Shown in pieces: positions 55,108 to 64,000 of a DNA stretch of 64,000 bases. Source of the stretch: Octopus vulgaris (lineage: Eukaryota); NCBI GenBank assembly GCA_951406725.2, contig OX597843.1:21097124-21161123 (forward strand). The letters run 5' to 3'. The notes under the pieces are model-generated. The model had not been told where the DNA came from, did not search any database, and saw only the letters and a program-made list of their open reading frames with translations. Positions within the stretch are counted from its first letter, which is position 1, and the number at the start of each line of letters is the position of its first letter. The position numbers and the translations under genes were made by a program.

Positions 55108-55331
55108 TGCCTAGAAGGAAGGTGTCAAATTTGTCCACAATGTCAAGATAAATCCAAAAGAATGTCTCTGTCCAGGGAAAGAGAGACAGCTGCAGAAAGG
55201 AAGCATACCAAGAAAGGAACAGACTGGGCACTACGAAAAAAACAGAGCATCTCAAAGTGATGAACAGAGGTATGCACGGCTGACAAGGAATAAGATCTCC
55301 ACTGCAGAGAGACAAGGAATAAGATCTCCAC
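55108..55331 (+). pseudogene. N-terminus of another Helitron RepHel
   Basis: MPRRKVSNLS…KRMSLSRERETAAER…RASQSDEQRYARL (frameshifted), typical of animal Helitron N-termini. Confidence 0.55.
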
Positions 55332-55629
55332 TAATTATATTTATATTTGAGTATTTATATCTGAGTATTCTTTTTCCTCCTCCCTATTTTCTTTCTTCTT
55401 TCTCTTCTACTACTTTCTTTTCCCTCTAAGCAGTTATGAAAGCGAAAGCTCATTACGTCACTTTATCTAAAGAGGAACGCAAGACTTCCACGTTCATATT
55501 TGAATCTTTTGCATGTCTGCAGTCTTATTTGTATTTTATTCGTTCCCCAACTAGATGGCAATATAACAACATGCCAGATGACACTCAAAATCTTTAGTCA
55601 CACACAACTTTATCGATGTGTCTGATGGG

Positions 55630-56480
55630 ATCCAGACTACTAACAAACGCGAAGCTTTACAAAGCAACCAAAAAACCAACGGTGGAAAAATGTGGACGCC
55701 CAAACTGTGGAACCTGCCCCAACCTGCTTGAAGGCTCGGACTTCCTTTTCAAACAAGGACAGAGGTTCACAATTAAAACTAGTTTCACTTGTGCATCTGA
55801 GAACCTAATTCATGTAATAACCTGCTCGGGTTGGAGTCACCACTATATTGGACAAACGAGTATGACCTTGAGAAAGAGAACCACTCTAAATTAAGGGCAA
55901 ATCCGTTTCCCGGAATACAGACAAATTCCTTTCAGTGAACATATAGAATCTTGTGCAGGTAACATCAAACCAAATTTCACACTCTTCCCTTTTTACCAGT
56001 GCAATAACGCAATCTCTCAACTAGAGCATTTAAATAAAGAAACTTTTTTCATTGAAAAATACAATAAAACGCCTTAATATCCACACATAACCAACTGTTA
56101 TCATTTTTATATATTTCAATTCACGATTACATCACTGTACATAAATCCCCTACTAAACAAGGTTTTTGAAACTTGTCTGTCTGTACTCCTATATAATCCG
56201 CACCCATTACCGAAAGTTGAACCGTTATCTCCCTTACCCACAACAATAACATGAAAAACGACAACCAATAACCGCCCTTTATTTATCCACTTGTGAAGTC
56301 ATTCACCCGTGAATTTCATCAAACACAACATGGACAAAATTTCTTTCTAAGAAAAAATAGATTTTCAAATAAGTAAAATATGATATCATGAATAGCGATA
56401 TCGAAACCGGTCAATATATTAAAAATTATATTAAAACTATGTAAGTGTGCGTATTTTCCTTTTTTAATTTCTTATATACA
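55630..56480 (+). mobile_element. Penelope-like (Neptune-like) 3' fragment with GIY-YIG
   Basis: KCGRPNCGTCPNLLEG…FTCASENLIHVITCSG..HYIGQT, homologous to 25143..25595. GAAACCGGTC hammerhead remnant at 56403-56412. Confidence 0.88.
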
Positions 56481-57733
56481 TGACAACTCACCACGTGGGG
56501 ATAATCGAAATTCCTCTTTTCTGTTACTACAACTACTGCTACATATATACATATATGTATATATATATAGGATATGAGAGGTAATGTTGTCAAGGAGACC
56601 CAAATGTGTCAGTTAAAGCTGAGTAAGTGCTATGGACATGCAAAATGAGGAGTCCAACGTAGGTCATATTTTTACATCTATATGTATAAAATTACAGAAG
56701 GAAATAAAAATGCAAGGCTGTGAAACATTTAAGAACATTTCTAAAGAGAAGAAGTTACAGCTGTTTCCGGGATATTTATGTATCTCTTTATCGGAGACGT
56801 TGCGAGAAGATTGTTAAGCTATAGGTATTCTAGAATAACTATTGCTTAACCATTTTCGCATACTGTCTTCGATGAAAGAATATATAAGATATACCTGGAG
56901 CAGCTGAAAGTCCTCTCTATAAATGTTCTGAAATATTTCAAAGCCTTGGACTTTTATCTGATTCATTTATATATATCTTCTCTATATATAAAACTGAAAT
57001 GCGTTTTTACCGCTTGGATCGCTTTCAATGCCACTACGACCCGTCCGATTCGCTCCAAAATGTACAGGGACATGTAGAATGAGGTGACGATGCTCGTGGG
57101 CTACCTTAGAAATCCCTATCTTAAAAGGTGTGGTTGCTAGGGGCCATCTTCGTCACTCACGCTATTTCCTCCTTTCCCTCTCTTACTCCCCTTCATCCAT
57201 AACGTTGACAATGTCCACTCCCGTTATTTAACGTATTGCCCTCAACTCCCTTTCATTTTCCCATTATAAGATCGTCAGACGGGTTTCTTTGATGTATCTG
57301 TCGGCATTCATAGGGAGAATTATCATCGCTACAAACGCCACACAATCATGAGAACAAATATTATGAATCAGATATTCATTGCGTTCATTCATATATGTGT
57401 GCGTGTGTGTGTGTGTTCGATATGTAAATATGTATATATAATGCATATATACAAAGTGTATATATCTGTATTTATGTATATTACCCTTTTTAATACTTTT
57501 TGATAGTTATATATATATTTTAAACAAATTATAAATATAATTTAATAATTTTTATTTTAAATTTAAATAATTTAAATTTTTAATTTTATATATTTTCTAT
57601 ATTATATTTTTCTTTTTATGTTTTTTTTTGTTTTGCCTATTAGTGGTTTTATCTCTAATTTAATTTATACATATATATATATAATTTGTATATATAATGC
57701 GTGCACACCCACACACACACACACATATATATA

Positions 57734-58580
57734 CTAGCAGAATTACCCGGCGTTGCTCGGGGCTGAATTGCTTGAAAGTACTCTTAATGATTGCACTGAA
57801 TTATGATGATTATTCAGGCAAATATTGATATAAGTTTAGGCTGGGAGATAAAGACTTAACGATCAAACGTGTGCCATTGCATTGTTTTGGGGGAGCCAAA
57901 TTTCTGATGAGTATTATAGGGGCACCGACTTTAAGTTTGAGAATGTGTTGTGTTAGTCCGGGGTGCTCAAAGGAATTGAGTACCTCTATTGGATAGTTGA
58001 TGACGTCCTCTGGGTCAGGAGTTGTATTGATAGACTGATATACATAGACTTCCCCAGGAATGAGTTTTAGCATTTCATCATTAATATGGTGAACAGTTTT
58101 ATTCCTCGGGGCCAGTATAGCCTTTTGGCCAATCCAATCCATATTCTGATAATTAGCTTGTAGATCTTGGAACACTGCATCTCTGAGATCAGAAGGCGTC
58201 TTAACAATGGTACAAATGGAATCGATGGCAATATTACCATTTTCATCCCCTGGTATTTTGCCTTCGCCAAGTGCAATGAGGGTGTGAGGAAATGCTGCTG
58301 ATGTGATATTACGTCGCATATGAGCACGCATATTGGTGTGAAGTTTGAGAGTTACTTCCCTTTATTAAAGAAAATATGCATTAAAATGGGAGAAAATGAT
58401 GGTAAATTATTTGTAAAATCGTAGACTCATCGTAGACGTGCGCTAATACCCAGAAGGGCTCGATATGAATCACGACTATAAGATACTCGGTTTTGGTTAA
58501 ACTGCATCGCAAAATGTGGGAGTAGTTAGGAATCTAAATCGGAGTAGACAGACACACAACCTTTCTTTTATATATAAAGA
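57734..58580 (-). mobile_element. Complete mini-Helitron carrying a PIF1-helicase fragment
   Basis: Minus strand: A|TCTTTATATATAAAA … CCCGAGCAACGCCGGG hairpin … CTAG|T. ORF 57810..58331 has AILAPRN, YPIEVLNS, LKLKVGAPIILIRNL..CNGTRL. Confidence 0.9.
57810..58331 (-). pseudogene. Helitron PIF1-like helicase C-terminal fragment (173 aa open)
   Basis: Motifs as above. No Walker A/B motifs. Confidence 0.88.
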
Positions 58581-59562
58581 TTTTCGTCCGTCCTAAAAAA
58601 CTTTGTGCGGAGTGAATGGTTACCTCTATGGAAATATATACACACACATTATACATACAAGTGTGTATAGATGAATATATAAATACATTTAAATATCTAT
58701 ATACAATTTTGGGCGATCTTTCTGCTACTTGGATTGACTTTAGATCTTATATTCGTCCAATTCGTCCTAAATAACTTTGTATGGAGTGAATGGTTACCTC
58801 TATGGAAATATATACACACACATTATACATACATGTGTGTGTCTATATACACTTTTGGGCGACTGCTACTAAGAGATAACTTTAGATGTTATTTTCGTCC
58901 TAAAAAAACTTTGTGCGGAGTGAATGGTTACCTCTATGGAAATATATACACATACATTATACATACATGTGTGTATAGATGAATATATAAATACATTTAA
59001 ATATCTATATACACTTTTGGGCGATGTTTCTGCTACTTGGATATACTTTAGCTCTTATATTCGTCCTAAAAAACTTTCCTGTCACACACTCACACACACG
59101 CACACACACACACACAGACGCACCCTCACACACACACACTCACACACACACACTCACACACACGCACACACACACAATTTTGTTTATATATTTGCGTGTC
59201 TATGTGTGTAAATAGGGAGTGGGAATGCAGAGTGAAGAGCTTTCACTTTAATCGTTGCACACTTGCAAAGAGAGAATGGAGGAGAAATTAGGGTGATAGC
59301 GTCAGTGAATCAGATCGCTCCGTTTGTGTGTGTGTGTGTGTGTGCTACACACTAAGAAAAGCACTTGACTTACACACCACAATGTGAGTTTTCTGTAAGT
59401 TTTGCATAATTGGGGTTGAAATTTGAAAAACTGGACCTGGCATGACCCGATTTATTCTACTCTTAAAAATGCTAGGTAAATTGTAATTGAAGAAATCCTA
59501 TATTGTAGATTTCTATAAGAGACAAAGGTAGGCAGATAAAATCTGCCTTTTATAATAAGAGA
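58581..59562 (-). mobile_element. 5' part of a non-autonomous Helitron-like element containing the minisatellite
   Basis: Minus-strand start A|TCTCTTATTATAAAAGGCAGATTTTATCTGCC at 59562. Confidence 0.5.
58589..59077 (+). repeat. Tandem minisatellite, about 3.1 units of 130-175 bp
   Basis: Units begin cgtcctaaa.aactttgt..ggagtgaatggttacctctatggaaatatatacac at about 58589, 58764, 58896 and 59062. Confidence 0.9.
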
Positions 59563-59565
59563 TAT

Positions 59566-60168
59566 ATCATCATCATCGTTTAACGTCCCTTTTCCGCGTT
59601 AGCACGGGTTGGACGGTTTGACCGGGGTCTGGGAAGCCATGGGCTGCACCAGGCTCCAGTCTGATCTGGCAGTGTTTCTACGGCTGGATGCCCTTCCTAA
59701 CGCCAACCACTCCGCGAGTGTAGTGGGTGCTTTTTACGTGCCACCTGCACAGGTACCGGGGGGGGGCTCGCATCGGCCACGATCGGTTGGTGGTTTTAAC
59801 GGGCCACCGGCACGGAAGCCAGCCAGCGCGATGCTGGCATCGGTCACGTTCGGATGGTGCTTTTTATGTGCCACCGGCACAGAAGCCAGTCGAGGCGGCG
59901 CTGGCATCGGCCACGTTCGGATGGTGCTTTTTATGTGCCACCGGCACAGGTATCACAACTACTATTTCCATTGATATTTATTTCGATGTTCATGTTCATG
60001 TACTTGACTCAACAGGTCTCCTCAAGCACAGCGGGGTGTTCTGGAATCCAAGGTACTTTCAATGGCCAGGGGCTATGCGGAACTGGTGCAGGAAGCAGCC
60101 CGGGTTTTTGCAGTCACAGCATATCTCTTGAGATCTCGGTCCTTCGCCATTGCCTCAGTGAGGCCCCT
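59566..60168 (-). mobile_element. 3' end of an RTE-like LINE with long UTR, internal tandem repeats of about 62 bp and a (GAT)n tail
   Basis: Minus strand: GLTEAMAKDRDL..YAVTAKT ORF end, repeats, ggttggcgttaggaagggcatccagc motif, gacgttaaacgatgatgatg tail. Confidence 0.7.
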
Positions 60169-60189
60169 GTGCATTATGTGGTCGGTCGG

Positions 60190-61304
60190 TTCAGCTGAAA
60201 ATATGCACACCTATGAACTCTTTCGTTACTATATTACTGACCAAAATACACCCCTTATGTGTTTCAATTAATTTCTAACGTAATCATAAATTTAGTCTGG
60301 TTTCATTAAACAACTATAACTTTTTTATTTATCAATATATTAATCTGATTTTTGGAAGATAATTTAATGAAATGTTCTCAACCAATTCTATACTATAATT
60401 TTTGTCACAAAGTGACACTAATTGCAGGTAGATACAGGTAAATTCAACAAAATATAAAATTATTAAAATTTTGTTCAAACATCGCTATAGAAAATGGGTT
60501 ATTAGCTAATATTCAATTGGGTATACAACAAAATTTTACGATAGATTTTCTTATTCTGGGTAACTTTCTGATACCCATAATAATATTTATGGCAAAATAG
60601 TCTTAATTTCATTTAAGGTTGTGGGAAACCACTAACCATCCTTTCTTTCGCTTTGTTTACATTTAGCGTAACGGTTCGTTTCCGCCGTAATGATTTCAAA
60701 TAGGCTCATTCGAAAAAGTAAGAAATAGTCTAAGGCTTTACTCTCCTGGGAAAGTCTGTGGCTTGGTCCAGTTTCTTAAGAAAAATCACCGAAAGGAATA
60801 GTTTTTCAATTTTCACTCCATTCAGGTGCCAATTCCTTTTCTTTATCGCTGTCGGAGCTCTCGGATTCACTGTTTTCACTTTCGGAAAATGAAACATCAG
60901 ATTCATTATCAAATACCACCTGCTTTTTTTTTTCAGTCATAGAGTTAGATTAATCAAGGTCTTCAGTGGAAAATCCTTCGAATTCTGACTCGCTGCTTGA
61001 TATGATGAAATTCGTATCCATTTATTGTCAGAATTACAAATTTTGAAAACACAATAGGAACAAATTTCGGAAAAAATCTCCCAAAATTCACGGAATTAAA
61101 ATTACACTTCGATCGTTGTACAAAAGTGTATATGAACTGTTTACGAAGTATAATCACGTGTTTTCACGAATGTACTAAAGAGATTTGCTCTGATATTCTC
61201 ATTTAAATATGAATAAGTAAATACGGGCGGGTTTGGTCGGTTTGGTCACATTAAACAAATTTTTTTTCGGGCGGCTTTGGCCGGTTTGGTAACGAAAGGG
61301 TTAA
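60190..61304. mobile_element. piggyBac-like non-autonomous element, one terminus only
   Basis: Ends …ggtaacgaaAGGG|TTAA (61300/61301) with a duplicated subterminal gggcgg.tttgg.cggtttggt. No left terminus found. Confidence 0.5.
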
Positions 61305-62067
61305 AAATGCTGGCAAGTTTGCATGACAACTATTTTTTTTACTCAAATGAAAGGCGTCACCTCTATGACAAAATTCCTCATCCGATAAAATGTGGCCCCA
61401 TTTGACCCGAATGAAATCGGGTTATATTAACCAAAATGTGAAAAGGGGTATAAATGGGGCTGGAAGGGGATTAAAATTTCAAGGAGCGAGTGTTTAGGAA
61501 TTCTCTGTTACATCAAGCTAAGAAATTTGCGCCAGCCTTTTAATCTTCAATGTGTTGCCGTCCATGATAATGAAGTTTTGAATGCTTACCATGGTGAGTC
61601 GACTGTCGTGACAAAGAATCACTTCAAAACTTTGGTGTTTACGAATTTTCTTTTACATCAAGTTCAAAATTTTACGCCAGCCGTTAAACTGCCAATACGT
61701 TGCTGTCCGTCGTTAAGAAATGCCAGTCATGGTGACTCTACTATCCTCACATTCTATCCCTTCAAACTTTGCTTTCCAATATTTTATTATTTTTATTCAG
61801 CTCGCAAGTTCGTCTGTCCCTTTTAAATGTTAGCGTTTTGCTGTCTGCCTTCAAGCAGACCTTTCCGTTGCCACTGCCTCATATTTATGATTGATCTTTC
61901 TAAATATTTTATTTCTCAACTTACTCAAGATCTTTTGATGTTTATAAATGGGAGAGAGAGAGAGATAAAGATAGAGAGTAAGAGAAAGCGAGGGAGAGTC
62001 CGAGAGAAAAGAAAAGTAAAGAGTGGGAAAGTAAGAGAGAGAAAAGGAGAGAGAAACAAAGAGGGAG

Positions 62068-62358
62068 AATCATCATCATCATCATCATCGTTTAACGTCC
62101 GTTTCCCGTGCTAGCACGGGTTGGACAGTGTGACTGGGGTCTGGGACGCCAGGGGGCTGCACCAGGCTCCAGTCTGATCTGGCAGTGTTTCTACAGGTGG
62201 ATGACCTTCCTAACGCCAACCACTCTGTGAGTGTAGTGGGTCCTTTTTTCGTGCCGCCGGCACAGGTGCCAGGGGGGCTCGCAGCGGCAACGATCGGTTG
62301 GTGCTTTTTACGTGCCACCGGCACAAAAGCAAGTCAAGTCATGGTGCTTTTTACGTGC
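62068..62358 (-). mobile_element. Shorter copy of the 59566-60168 retroposon 3' end
   Basis: Clear similarity, including the (CAT)n tail and ggtgctttttacgtgcc repeats. Confidence 0.8.
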
Positions 62359-62424
62359 TGAAGGAAGCAACAGAAAGTAACAACCACACTCTTACCCGCG
62401 CGTAGAGCGGGTCACCTTCAGCTA

Positions 62425-62488
<64 letters not shown>

Positions 62489-62689
62489 ATATATGCATAT
62501 AATTCTTATACATAGGTATACACACAATAACACACAAAAATACGCACTCATTCTTACATCCACGCACGCAGACATAATGGCACACACACAGACACACCTA
62601 TATATATATTATTATGCGTGGTGCGCAGTTGACTGAGAGGTCAGCAAAACCCTTTGTAACATCAAAGATAAACTGAATACATTTAATCC

Positions 62690-62850
62690 TTTTTGAACTT
62701 CTGTGATTTCCTCATTTCCTTTACTTTTGAAGATCGTAGGCTCGAAACGTAAAAAAGCCCTTTCACACTTTTCGGAGTGTCAAACTAATACACACCTTTT
62801 TCATATATCTGTGTTCGTCTTTTATTTTTCTGTAAACTTCAACTATGTAT
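62690..62850 (+). mobile_element. Solo Penelope-like pLTR remnant with degenerate hammerhead
   Basis: ctt-TTGAAGA-tcgtaggctc-GAAA-CG-TA-aaa at 62724-62754, with palindromic ACGT helix III. Confidence 0.45.
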
Positions 62851-62860
62851 ATACATGTGT

Positions 62861-62861
<1 letters not shown>

Positions 62862-62916
<55 letters not shown>

Positions 62917-62931
62917 GTAGATAGATAGATG

Positions 62932-63011
<80 letters not shown>

Positions 63012-63028
63012 GATAAATAGATAGATAG
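62862..63028. repeat. (GATA)n microsatellite
   Basis: Direct reading. Confidence 0.97.
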
Positions 63029-63498
63029 TTAGATATAAATACAATTGTACATTTGAACACATAAGATGTACCCGTCATAGGATTTCCTTGCACGCCAGAA
63101 GGAACAGCTAAAATCCAAATACAATTAGGGATAATCATCGAAGGGAATGAAAATTATAAAACACTTACTCTATCTACTAGACAACGGATTCAGACATTTT
63201 TTTAGCAAATAAAATTATTTTGCTAGCGGCAGAGAAGTCCTCATCAGCAGGTACGCCTAGATTAAAACATATAAGTATGAGGCAATCCAACAACGCCTCT
63301 TATGTGATACCTCTTATGTGTTTAGATATGTTTAAATGTGTTTAAACACATAAGACGAATACGTCTTATGTGTTTAAATATACGCTGCATTTATATAATT
63401 AATATATAGGCTATTGACAATTTTTTTTACACGTTAGGCGACTGGTAGTAAAAATTCTAAGCTTTTTATTACCCTGTTATTGTTAATTATTGATAGAT

Positions 63499-64000
63499 AG
63501 GGACGGCATAGTTGCTTGACAGCAACGCGAAACTCGCGGTGCCATTCGTGCTTTCTCGGCCTCTTTTTGATCCACGACTGCAGTTCGGTCATGGAGACGA
63601 GTTGCGGGAAAGCGTGCCTCACAAACGGCGACCACACCTGTTCACCGTCGTCTACGTAGAGCCTGAGATATCGTAATCTCAGAGCGTATCTGCGCATCAT
63701 CAACCACGGCATGCCCAGTCCTTATTTTAACGGGTGTTGACAGCAAATGTATCGCCTGACCATCGGGACGCATCCTTTCCACAAGAAACGAAAGAGAATG
63801 CGGGACAAGGTACGACGGTCAGGCGGTAGTAGATGACGTACGTGATGTACGAGTTCGCCACCTCCGCCCGACCTTTTAGGGACAGTTTCCTCTCGGCCCA
63901 TTGCCGGGCGACAGTGACCACCCTACTCAATATCTCGTTCCATTTCTTCTCCACTGGAGGTCCGCACCAAACCAGACCCTGAGAAACTCGAACGGACCGT
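63499..64000 (-). mobile_element. Second, more diverged Tx1/L1-like LINE fragment (runs off the window)
   Basis: Homologous to about 20945-21460; ORFs 63434..63712 and 63727..63954. Confidence 0.88.

Larger units (their letters stand above)
56976..62425 (+). mobile_element. Putative composite non-autonomous Helitron containing nested elements
   Basis: 5' A|TCTTCTCTATATATAAAACTGAAATG at 56976. 3' hairpin ACCCGC..GCGGGT (62394-62412) and CTAG|T at 62422-62426. That the two ends belong to one element is inferred. Confidence 0.45.

Noticed and set aside
59720-59950. CRISPR-like appearance (recurring motif of about 25 bp with intervening sequence); likewise 58589-59077
   Set aside because: The intervening sequences are homologous to each other, there are no cas genes, and the context is eukaryotic TE.
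63499-64000. Continuation of the segmental duplication
   Set aside because: More diverged from 20945-21460 than the duplicated block and has unrelated flanks, so it is an independent family member.

Overview
Eukaryotic, AT-rich, microsatellite-dense DNA made almost entirely of decayed transposable elements. The tRNA-derived SINE types, the TE mix and the microsatellite load look like an octopus/coleoid cephalopod genome (inference from recognition, not a search). I see no intact host gene, rRNA, genuine tRNA or CRISPR array. The dominant structure is a direct segmental duplication (about 1-20243 vs about 36360-54877). Each copy carries a full-length but inactivated RTE LINE, SINEs, a Penelope-type palindrome, a mariner remnant, a Dong/R4 element in (TAA)n, a long-TIR MITE, and a Helitron Rep region split by a Gypsy LTR element. 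The remainder holds Tx1/L1-like, Penelope (Neptune-like, GIY-YIG), HERO-like (RLE) and CR1/L2-like LINE fragments plus nested non-autonomous Helitrons. The most interesting signals are RNA-level. Minimal hammerhead ribozymes in the Penelope repeats carry a compensatory U3-A8 core in two unrelated repeat families. The HERO-like element has a highly base-paired, pseudoknotted 3' UTR that contains the three hammerhead motifs in a non-canonical order. All identity estimates are by eye.
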